Shown in pieces: positions 1-6,418 of a stretch of 10,698 bases of DNA. A program made the translations under genes and the position numbers. The notes under the pieces were generated by a model that saw nothing but the letters and a program-made list of their open reading frames with translations, did no database searches and was not told where the DNA came from. Origin of the DNA: Patescibacteria group bacterium (GTDB lineage: Bacteria; Patescibacteriota; Minisyncoccia; UBA6257; HR35); contig JAMCWY010000006.1 of assembly GCA_023480925.1 (NCBI GenBank), forward strand, positions 1-10,698, read 5' to 3'. Each line of letters begins with the position of its first letter. Position 1 is the stretch's first letter.

Positions 1-127
1 TTTAAACGTAAGCTCAAACGGCAATGTTGGCGTTGGCACGACGACGCCTCAAGCCCTCTTTCAAGTTTGGAACACGGCCAGCTCGACCATCTATATCGGC
101 GACAGTGCCCACTCGGGTTGTTTGGCT
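1..127. repeat. Copy A of a 127-nt perfect direct repeat. Its partner is 642-768, and the identity may extend further upstream of the window.
   Basis: A manual base-by-base comparison at offset 641 found no mismatches from 1 to 127. Identity then collapses from position 128 (partner position 769) onward. Confidence 0.9.
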
Positions 128-223
128 TTGGGTAATAATGGCAATAGCGGTCTGGTCTATATCACCGTTAATAGCAGTGCGGGTATTGTTTCGACGACAA
201 CGAAGCCGTCAATTTGTCAGTAG
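1..223 (+). CDS. 3' end (74 codons) of a repeat-containing surface protein. It is a paralog of the next gene and its 5' end lies outside the window.
   Basis: Frame 2 is open from the window edge to TAG at 221-223. It is absent from the ORF track because its start is off-window. Translation: LNVSSNGNVGVGTTTPQALFQVWNTASSTIYIGDSAHSGCLALGNNGNSGLVYITVNSSAGIVSTTTKPSICQ. This is collinear with the C-terminus of ORF 244..864. Nt 1-127 are identical to nt 642-768. Confidence 0.75.
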   Translation, partial: LNVSSNGNVGVGTTTPQALFQVWNTASSTIYIGDSAHSGCLALGNNGNSGLVYITVNSSAGIVSTTTKPSICQ

Positions 224-243
224 AAAATTTTCGTTTGGAGTTA

Positions 244-864
244 ATGAAAATAAAATTTAAAAAATATTTTTTAGAAAACTCGAAACAAATTCAAATTATT
301 TTAGCTGGTTTGATTTTGACTCTAACTGTTTCAATTGTTTATATTTTTGCTTTTCAAGAACCAAGCCAAAGTCCGCCCGCCGGCCAAACGGGATTTTATT
401 CCGGCGATAGCTCAACCGTCATTGTTTTGCCTTTAAATGTTCAAGCGACGACAACGATTACCAACGGTGTTCTTGGCGTTGGTTTGACTAATCCAGCTGC
501 CACTCTTGACGTCGCCGGGACTTTGAATGTTTCCGCGACCTCGACCTTCGGCGGTAATGTCGGTATTGGCGTGTCCATACCAAACGCCAGTTTGAATGTC
601 ATCGGTACGGTTCAACTTCAAGGTTCAGGCTCAAATATTGGTTTAAACGTAAGCTCAAACGGCAATGTTGGCGTTGGCACGACGACGCCTCAAGCCCTCT
701 TTCAAGTTTGGAACACGGCCAGCTCGACCATCTATATCGGCGACAGTGCCCACTCGGGTTGTTTGGCTATTGGGATGAGTGACGGCAATGTCGGTTATAT
801 CACCACCGATAGTAACGGCAACTTACTTGTAAGCACTTCGACTAAGCCAGCAGTTTGCCAGTAA
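244..864 (+). CDS. Membrane-anchored or secreted repeat protein of unknown function. It has three GxVGxG(T/L)TxP...L.V repeats and a C-terminal Cys-Cys loop.
   Basis: The ORF track gives 214..864 with a TTG start. I prefer ATG 244, which has GGAG at 237-240 just upstream. The N-terminus MKIKFKKYFLENSKQIQIILAGLILTLTVSIVYIFAF is a basic stretch followed by one hydrophobic helix. Repeats: GVLGVGLTNPAATLDV, GGNVGIGVSIPNASLNV, NGNVGVGTTTPQALFQV. The two Cys codons are at 760-762 and 856-858. Confidence 0.8.
   Translation: MKIKFKKYFLENSKQIQIILAGLILTLTVSIVYIFAFQEPSQSPPAGQTGFYSGDSSTVIVLPLNVQATTTITNGVLGVGLTNPAATLDVAGTLNVSATSTFGGNVGIGVSIPNASLNVIGTVQLQGSGSNIGLNVSSNGNVGVGTTTPQALFQVWNTASSTIYIGDSAHSGCLAIGMSDGNVGYITTDSNGNLLVSTSTKPAVCQ
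642..768. repeat. Copy B of the 127-nt perfect direct repeat. Its partner is 1-127.
   Basis: Same comparison as for copy A. The repeat lies inside CDS 244..864 and ends two codons after the first Cys codon. Confidence 0.9.
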
Positions 865-899
865 AGGCTAAAGTCCATTTTAGGACAGCCTGTCTTTTT
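865..899 (+). terminator. Candidate intrinsic terminator between the convergent surface-protein gene and murA.
   Basis: AGGC(865-868)...GCCT(888-891) forms an outer stem and GTCC/GGAC an inner stem, followed by GTCTTTTT (892-899). The stem is imperfect. Confidence 0.4.
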
Positions 900-906
900 G
901 GCGTGA

Positions 907-2160
907 TTAGTTTATTCGTTCGATTCTGGCGCCAAGTTTTTTCAGTCGAATCTCTATTTTTTCGTAGCCGCGATCGATTTTTTCCGCTTCGTCGATAATG
1001 GTTGTGCCTTCGGCGATCAGACCGGCGATCAAAACGGCGATCCCGGCGCGAATATCGAGCGAGCGAACATTTTTGCCGATTAGGGGAGTGGGACCAATAA
1101 TCAGGGCTCGATGGGGATCGAGAATTTCGGTGTTAGCGCCCATGCAAATTAATTCTTGGAGATAACCAAAGCGGTTTTCATAAAGCCAGTCGTGAATTAA
1201 GGTTACGCCTTGAGCCTGAGTGGCCAGGACGCCGAAGGGCGGTTGCATGTCGGAGAGAAATTTTGGATACAAGCCCGTTTGAATTTTGGTTGATTTTATC
1301 TGAGTGGGCAAGACTGTTAAACTCTGGCGGTTTAAACTAAACTTAATATTCATTTCTTTAGCGACCAAGAAAAAAGAATCAAGAAATTCTTTTCTCAAAC
1401 CGATTATTTCAATTTTGCTTTTAGTCGCGGCGGCCAAGCAGGCAAAAGTGGCAAATTCGGTCAAGTCGGAAGGAATTTTGAAACGGACAAATCTTTTTAA
1501 ATGCCGATTGCCTTTAATCGTGATGAAGTTTGTGCCGAGACCTTTAATTTTTACTCCAAGTTTTTGCAAGAATTCGCCCAAAGCCTGAACCGACGGTTCG
1601 GTCGCGATCAAGCGCAAGTTAACTTCCTTTTCGATTAGACCGCAAAAAATCATTATGTTTTCAGTTGCCGTGACGCTTACTTCTTTTAGAATAATTGTTT
1701 CGTTTTTAATTTTTTCAAACCGGCCGATAATTTTATGATTAATTTCAATCTCGGCGCCTAAATCTTCAAGGGCTTGGATGTGGGTGTCGATTGGTCGTGC
1801 GCCAATAATATCGCCACCAGGCAAATCAAGCTCGGCCTTTTTGAACCGAGTCAAAAGACCGCCGAGAAGTAAAATCGAGCCGCGAAGCTTTTTTATTTCT
1901 TCGGTGAAAAGTTTTTCGTAATGAATTTTGGTCGTGTCAACTTTAAGCGTGTTTTTTCTGAGCCACTCCGCTCGTGCTCCGAGTTTTTCCAAAATTTTGA
2001 TTAAATTAAAAACATCGGCGATGAGCGGAACATTTTCAAGAACGATTACGCCATTGGTTAAAATAAGAGCGGCCAAGATTGGCAGGATTGAATTTTTATC
2101 GCCGGCCGTCGCGATTTGACCGCTTAGCTTTTTCCCGCCTTCAATGACTAACTTACTCAT
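907..2160 (-). CDS. murA: UDP-N-acetylglucosamine 1-carboxyvinyltransferase (MurA), the Asp-for-Cys active-site variant.
   Basis: Recognisable MurA over the full length: MSKLVIEGGKKLSGQIATAGDKNSILPILAA at the N-terminus and the LPGGDIIGARPIDTH loop. The ORF track starts at a TTG at 2178; ATG 2160 aligns better with MurA N-termini. Stop is TAA at 907-909. Confidence 0.93.
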   Translation of the reverse strand: MSKLVIEGGKKLSGQIATAGDKNSILPILAALILTNGVIVLENVPLIADVFNLIKILEKLGARAEWLRKNTLKVDTTKIHYEKLFTEEIKKLRGSILLLGGLLTRFKKAELDLPGGDIIGARPIDTHIQALEDLGAEIEINHKIIGRFEKIKNETIILKEVSVTATENIMIFCGLIEKEVNLRLIATEPSVQALGEFLQKLGVKIKGLGTNFITIKGNRHLKRFVRFKIPSDLTEFATFACLAAATKSKIEIIGLRKEFLDSFFLVAKEMNIKFSLNRQSLTVLPTQIKSTKIQTGLYPKFLSDMQPPFGVLATQAQGVTLIHDWLYENRFGYLQELICMGANTEILDPHRALIIGPTPLIGKNVRSLDIRAGIAVLIAGLIAEGTTIIDEAEKIDRGYEKIEIRLKKLGARIERIN

Positions 2161-2222
2161 TTTAAAATTATTATACAAAATTAAGGCCCAAATTAAATCA
2201 ATTTAAATTTCGCCCAGCTGTC

Positions 2223-3269
2223 TTAACTGAATTTATCAACGATAAAAATAATAAAAGCGAAAATCGCGCCAAGGAGATCGATTAGCCAGAATTTAAAAAC
2301 AATATTGGCCTCGTTGTTGCCGAGGGCCTCAAAATGATGATGAATCGGCGTGGAGAGAAATAACTTTTTTTTGAAAAATTTTTTCCAGAAAATTTGGAGT
2401 AAGACTGAAGTTGATTCGATTGTGAATATTGGAATCATCAGAGGCAGGAGTAGGGGCACGCCTTCAATTAGGGCGGCTAAACCGATGAAGATACCAAGAG
2501 CCATTGCGCCGGTGTCGCCCATAAAAACTTTGGCCGGATAAATATTGAACCAAAGAAAGGCTAAAATTGAGCCGATTAGAACCGCGCAAAGGGAAGCGAG
2601 ATTATAATCATGGTTGGCGAAGCTGATAAGGAGAATGACGGCGATCGAGATAACCGCGACACCGCCGAGGAGACCGTCAAGACCGTCCGTCTCATTGGCG
2701 GAAAAACTTGTGCCAAGGATTAGAAATATGATGAAAACTGAAAACCAAAAAAAGCCGAGGTAGGCGCGGCCGAGAAAGGGGACGTAGATAAAAGTAATGT
2801 TTAACTTGGTAATAAACCACCAGATAATTAAGATTGAAAAACCAAAATAAATTAAAATTTTTTCCTTGATTGTTAAACCGCCGACTGGCCGAAATTTTAA
2901 AATGCCGAGAATGTCGTCAAGACTGCCAACCAGTCCGGCTAAAACCAAAAAACCTAAAGGCAGGAGAGTTTCGCGCCGGTTAAGAAAATTTAACCAACCA
3001 AAAAGATCGGGATTAAACCTGTTGCCAACTGAAAATAAGATCGCCAGAATTAAAGGAATGAGCCAAAGAATTAATCCACCCATCGTTGGCGTGCCGGTTT
3101 TTTTTTGATGAAGCGACTGGAAGATCGGCGCGCCCTCGGTTCGGATTGATTTGCCCGCTTTGTTTTTTATTAAAAAATAATAGAGAAATGGGAAGATGGC
3201 TAAGCCAATCAAAAAGCTAAAAAGGGCGAGCGATGAAATTTTGATGATTGACAAAACCAGATCATTCAT
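2223..3269 (-). CDS. mraY: Phospho-N-acetylmuramoyl-pentapeptide transferase (MraY).
   Basis: Polytopic membrane protein carrying the MraY motifs KTGTPTMGG, SLDDILG, NETDGLDGL, VFMGDTGAMALG and PIHHHFE. Confidence 0.95.
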   Translation of the reverse strand: MNDLVLSIIKISSLALFSFLIGLAIFPFLYYFLIKNKAGKSIRTEGAPIFQSLHQKKTGTPTMGGLILWLIPLILAILFSVGNRFNPDLFGWLNFLNRRETLLPLGFLVLAGLVGSLDDILGILKFRPVGGLTIKEKILIYFGFSILIIWWFITKLNITFIYVPFLGRAYLGFFWFSVFIIFLILGTSFSANETDGLDGLLGGVAVISIAVILLISFANHDYNLASLCAVLIGSILAFLWFNIYPAKVFMGDTGAMALGIFIGLAALIEGVPLLLPLMIPIFTIESTSVLLQIFWKKFFKKKLFLSTPIHHHFEALGNNEANIVFKFWLIDLLGAIFAFIIFIVDKFS

Positions 3270-4122
3270 AGTAATCTTGGAGTTTTTTAATTATATATTC
3301 GCCGTCTTTGTCTCGGTTCTGAGAGTCAAGCAGACCGACAAAGATAAACGGCGATTTTTTAAATTTTAAGATTAAAATCAGATTTTCTCCGGAAGCTCGG
3401 CCGATGTAGCCGGTTTTCGAACCGATAATAATATTTTTATAATAGGGAAGGAGGTAGTCGATGTTAATAACGCTGTTCGGGCCAACACTAAAACTATCTT
3501 CGCGGCTGAAAGCGAAAATTTGAGGATAGTCGCGCAAGATAAGATCGGCCAGGCGGTAAAGATTGTCCAGGGTCGATTGATTGCCGGGGTCGAGCCCGGT
3601 TGGTTCGTAATAAGCCGTTTGATTCATGCCCAAACTTTTTGCTTGGCTGTTCATGATTTGAACGAACTTATCCACGCCTAAACCTTGAGCCAGAGCGTAG
3701 GCGGCGTTATTGGATGAACCGATCAGGGCGAGTTGAAGAAGATCGTCGCGAGTCAGTTTCTCACCCACGGTTAAACGGGCGATGTCGCCAGGGTATTCAT
3801 TAACGGTTTTTTGATTGATGGTAAAAATTTGATTCGGTTTATAAAGTTGGACCGAGATTAAGGCGGTCATCAGTTTTGAGAGCGAGGCGATTGGCCGGCG
3901 CTGATCCGCGTTTGAGTCGTAAAGCGTCTGACCACCGACTTCTTTGACTAAAACCGATTTGGCCGTGAGGTCATTCGAATTAAGGTTAAAAGGTTTGGTT
4001 AGGGTGAAGTCGTTGAGTGAGTAAATTGATTGTTGTTGGTTGGGTTGGCAAATTTTTTGGCTAATCGATTTTTCTAATGTTTGGTTGGTCAAGAAAAAAA
4101 GCCAAAGGAGGATCTGGGTCAT
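3262..4122 (-). CDS. Serine-type D-Ala-D-Ala carboxypeptidase (peptidase S11, PBP5-like), a short form.
   Basis: SxxK (SLSK, residues 80-83), SxN (SSN, 136-138) and KTG (236-238) occur at the spacing typical of low-molecular-weight PBPs. The N-terminus is hydrophobic (ILLWLFFL). The stop overlaps the mraY start as ATGAATGA (3262-3269), which implies co-transcription and translational coupling. Confidence 0.85.
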   Translation of the reverse strand: MTQILLWLFFLTNQTLEKSISQKICQPNQQQSIYSLNDFTLTKPFNLNSNDLTAKSVLVKEVGGQTLYDSNADQRRPIASLSKLMTALISVQLYKPNQIFTINQKTVNEYPGDIARLTVGEKLTRDDLLQLALIGSSNNAAYALAQGLGVDKFVQIMNSQAKSLGMNQTAYYEPTGLDPGNQSTLDNLYRLADLILRDYPQIFAFSREDSFSVGPNSVINIDYLLPYYKNIIIGSKTGYIGRASGENLILILKFKKSPFIFVGLLDSQNRDKDGEYIIKKLQDYYE

Positions 4123-4198
4123 AACGGAAATTTGGTCAGGCTGAATAAAATTACGCGACTTTTAAGATTTAATTATATCCGAAAATTCGGCCGAGTTA

Positions 4199-4228
4199 TT
4201 GACAAACACGCGATTTCAATTTTATAAA
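4199..4228 (+). promoter_or_regulatory. Sigma-70-like promoter TTGACA-N18-TATAAA. It may be an upstream P1 for the 5S gene or the promoter of an unannotated small RNA.
   Basis: TTGACA at 4199-4204 and TATAAA at 4223-4228 (or TTATAA with a 17-nt spacer). No ORF follows. The next recognisable plus-strand feature is the 5S rRNA, about 200 nt downstream. Confidence 0.4.
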
Positions 4229-4330
4229 CTTGATAGAAGATAAGTCGGTTTCAAGAATTAAAACTTTTTTAAACTTAACCACAGTTTTTGCCTTTTTCTG
4301 GTTCAGCGGCGTTTTTCCTTTGAGTGGCTT

Positions 4331-4339
4331 GGGGGGGGG
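4331..4339. repeat. G9 homopolymer tract in a non-coding region.
   Basis: Nine consecutive G at 4331-4339 within an AT-rich intergenic region. The tract sits in the loop between CTGGTTCA (4298-4305) and its exact complement TGAACCAG (4341-4348). Confidence 0.9.
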
Positions 4340-4395
4340 TTGAACCAGCCCGGTTTTTATTGGAAGACAGCGCTTTTAATTTTTAAAATCTGGTG

Positions 4396-4401
4396 TATAA
4401 T
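4396..4401 (+). promoter_or_regulatory. Proximal -10 box (TATAAT) for the 5S rRNA gene.
   Basis: TGTATAAT at 4394-4401 lies 26 nt upstream of the mature 5S 5' end. The sequence upstream is AT-rich and UP-like (TTTTAATTTTTAAAAT). The -35 is only weak. Confidence 0.4.
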
Positions 4402-4426
4402 ATTTGTATCAAGTTTTGTTTAAAAT

Positions 4427-4537
4427 TCCTTCGTGACCATATGGATTAGCAAGAAACACCCCTTCCCATTCCGACCAGGGTCGTGAAAGGCTAATCGCCG
4501 ATGGTAGCCGCAAGGCGAGAGTAGGTGTTGCGAAGGA
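4427..4537 (+). rRNA. rrf: 5S ribosomal RNA, about 111 nt, stand-alone and not adjacent to a 23S gene.
   Basis: Conserved 5S blocks are present: CCCAUUCCGA, CGCCGAUGGUAG and GAGAGUAGG. Helix I pairs 4427-4437 (TCCTTCGTGAC) with 4527-4537 (GTTGCGAAGGA). Helix II pairs GGATTAGC with GCTAATC. A T6 run follows at 4538-4543. Confidence 0.9.
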
Positions 4538-4622
4538 TTTTTTAGTTCAATTAACTTTTTGGGTTGGCTAAAAATATAATTTCGTTGTCGCCGCCGGATT
4601 AAAAATACGCGCTTAATTGGCG

Positions 4623-5867
4623 TTAAAGCGTTAGAAAGATCGTGATGAACATCAATATAACCGTCAGGCCGGCGATTGAGTTTGAGAGCCAATTATTTTT
4701 ATATTCGGCCATAATTTTTTTGTCGTTGGCGATTTTTAAAAGAACTAAAATTAAAAACGGCGCGATTAATCCATAAAGCAGGGCTGTGTCAAAAAGGAGT
4801 TTAATCGGCGAGATGTTGAAAAGATTGATCAGATTGGCAAAAAGAATCGAGACGACAATGAGAGCGTAAAAAGGAATCGCTTCGAAAACTTTTTTATTTA
4901 AACTCGCGGGCAGGTTGAAAATTTCCGAAACAATATAAGCGTTGGCGCCGGCCAAGACGGGAATGGCGACCAAACCGCTGGCGAAGATGCCAAGAGTGAA
5001 AAGAAGATAGGAAAAATTTCCGGCCAAGGGTTTAAGGACAAGGACGAGTTGGTTAAGCGATTGAATTTGGTTTTGACCGTGGCCGCTTAGGATCACGCCG
5101 GTTGTCAGGATAATAAAAAACATCAAAAGATTGGAGAAGAACATCCCCAAAAATGTATCGGTTCTGGCGTTTTTAATCTCGCTTCTAATCGGGATTTCTT
5201 GACGCTGGCGTTTTTGTTCATCGATTTCTTCAACTTCTTCGTCCGCTTGCCAAAAAAACAGGTAGGGAGAGATAGTCGTGCCGATAATGGCGGTGACGAC
5301 GCTGAAAAAATTATGATCGAATTTAATTTTTGGCCAAACGGCGGAATAAATAACGCTCGGCCAGTTAATTTTAATGATGAAAGCGACGGCAACATAACTG
5401 AGCATAATCAGGGTGATTGTTTTTAAAATGCCGCTGAATTTTTGATAAGAGAAAAGCAAGATGATTAGAATAATGATCAGGCTAATTAAGATTGAAAGGA
5501 GCCAAGCCGGGATGAAGGGCAAAAAAAATTGAAGGGTCGCGGCCATGCCGCTCAGATCGGCGGCAATGTTAAAAGTGACGGCGAAGAACATCGCGCCGGC
5601 GACAAGAAACAGAAAAGTCGGATGAAGTTTTTCTTTAATCACGCCGGTTAGACCTTTGTTGTTGACCAAGGCGATTCGAGCGCAGATCTCTTGGATAAAG
5701 TACATCAAAGGCAAGGTAAGCCAACTTAACCACAAAAAAGCCTGGTAACCCGCGGCCCCAGCGATTGAGTAAGTGGCGATGCCAGATGGATCGTCATCGG
5801 CCGCGCCCGTAATCCAACCGACGCCGAATTCTTTGTTGATTTTTTTTAAAGTTTCTTTTATGGCCAT
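4623..5867 (-). CDS. NRAMP/SLC11-family membrane transporter from a divergent clade with a non-canonical metal site.
   Basis: 414 aa and polytopic. The TM1 signature GAADDDPSGIATYSIAGAAGY resembles the NRAMP DPGN region. The TM6 region GTTISPYLFFWQ sits where canonical MntH has AxxMPHN. An acidic or charged loop follows (ADEEVEEIDEQKRQRQE). Confidence 0.8.
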   Translation of the reverse strand: MAIKETLKKINKEFGVGWITGAADDDPSGIATYSIAGAAGYQAFLWLSWLTLPLMYFIQEICARIALVNNKGLTGVIKEKLHPTFLFLVAGAMFFAVTFNIAADLSGMAATLQFFLPFIPAWLLSILISLIIILIILLFSYQKFSGILKTITLIMLSYVAVAFIIKINWPSVIYSAVWPKIKFDHNFFSVVTAIIGTTISPYLFFWQADEEVEEIDEQKRQRQEIPIRSEIKNARTDTFLGMFFSNLLMFFIILTTGVILSGHGQNQIQSLNQLVLVLKPLAGNFSYLLFTLGIFASGLVAIPVLAGANAYIVSEIFNLPASLNKKVFEAIPFYALIVVSILFANLINLFNISPIKLLFDTALLYGLIAPFLILVLLKIANDKKIMAEYKNNWLSNSIAGLTVILMFITIFLTL

Positions 5868-5873
5868 TGTTTA

Positions 5874-5879
5874 ATTATA
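5874..5879 (-). promoter_or_regulatory. TATAAT -10 box 6 nt upstream of the NRAMP-like ATG, suggesting a leaderless mRNA.
   Basis: The minus strand reads TATAAT-TAAACA-ATG, with the ATG at 5865-5867. There is no Shine-Dalgarno sequence. Confidence 0.35.
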
Positions 5880-5988
5880 GCCAAAGTCAAAGTCGTTTGA
5901 CCGGGTAATTAGTCAAAAGGCGAAAAAATATTTTTGGGTTGATTTTTTAAAAAATAGTTAAAATTAAAGTTATAAGTTAAAGTAGCAA

Positions 5989-6075
5989 GCCCGGGTGGTG
6001 GAATTGGCATACACGCAAGACTTAAAATCTTGTGGCCGCGAGGCTGTGAGGGTTCGAGTCCCTCTCCGGGCACCA
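5989..6075 (+). tRNA. tRNA-Leu(UAA), class II with a long variable arm and an encoded CCA.
   Basis: The acceptor stem pairs GCCCGGG with TCCGGGC. The anticodon stem CAAGA/TCTTG carries the loop CTTAAAA. The variable arm is TGGCCGCGAGGCTGT. The T arm is GAGGG-TTCGAGT-CCCTC. The discriminator is A, followed by CCA at 6073-6075. Confidence 0.95.
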
Positions 6076-6418
6076 GAATTAACTTTTTCGGCCTTTTGAA
6101 TAATGTTTTGTGGACGGTTCTACGAGCCGTTCGCTCGCCCGCAAAAATTTTTTTCAATTAAGGAATGAAATTTTTGCCGAAATAAGTTCGATCGGAGTTG
6201 TACGATTCCGTTAATATTAGCCCGAAACTGCTTTTAATTTCTGTTAAAATTGAAACAGGTGTATGTTTTAAGGCGAGTATTTATAAAAAAGATCTTAGCA
6301 ACGACTAAGGCTAAATTTTTTCAAATAAAAATTTTTTTGCCAACGTGGCTGGAATCGCGATCCGATGATTTAATTTTGGTTTTAGCCGGATTAGGTTCGT
6401 TCAAAAACTATTGGTTTG

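Noticed and set aside
214-243. TTG 214 as the start of the surface-protein gene, and likewise TTG 2178 as the start of murA.
   Set aside because: TTG 214 would overlap the stop region of the upstream paralog and has no SD, whereas ATG 244 follows a GGAG. For murA, ATG 2160 reproduces the usual MurA N-terminus (MSKLVIEGG...), and the TTG lies inside the putative -10 region.
24-260. ORF-track entry of 78 aa on the plus strand.
   Set aside because: It is out of frame with, and fully overlaps, the conserved paralog C-terminus (frame 2, 1-223) and the start of the next gene. The product is Arg/Ser-rich with no recognisable features.
1-864. A diversity-generating retroelement (template repeat/variable repeat pair) as the explanation for the repeated C-terminal region.
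   Set aside because: The repeated 127 nt are perfectly identical, not adenine-mutagenised. The divergent 96 nt differ at all four bases and contain codon indels. No reverse transcriptase or accessory gene is in the window.
1304-3108. Plus-strand ORFs nested in murA and mraY (1304-1588, 1928-2119, 2350-2541, 2866-3108). Similar nested ORFs are 433-621, 5123-5395, 5199-5426, 8364-8609 and 8826-9137.
   Set aside because: Each lies entirely inside, and antisense to or out of frame with, a confidently identified conserved gene. The translations are Arg/Lys/Ser-rich, as is typical of shadow ORFs.
4420-4692. 90-aa minus-strand ORF.
   Set aside because: It lies antisense across the 5S rRNA gene and overlaps the 3' end of the transporter gene. 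It is an artefact of the structured rRNA sequence.
5909-6157. 82-aa minus-strand ORF.
   Set aside because: It is antisense to, and spans, tRNA-Leu(UAA). It shows no protein-like features.
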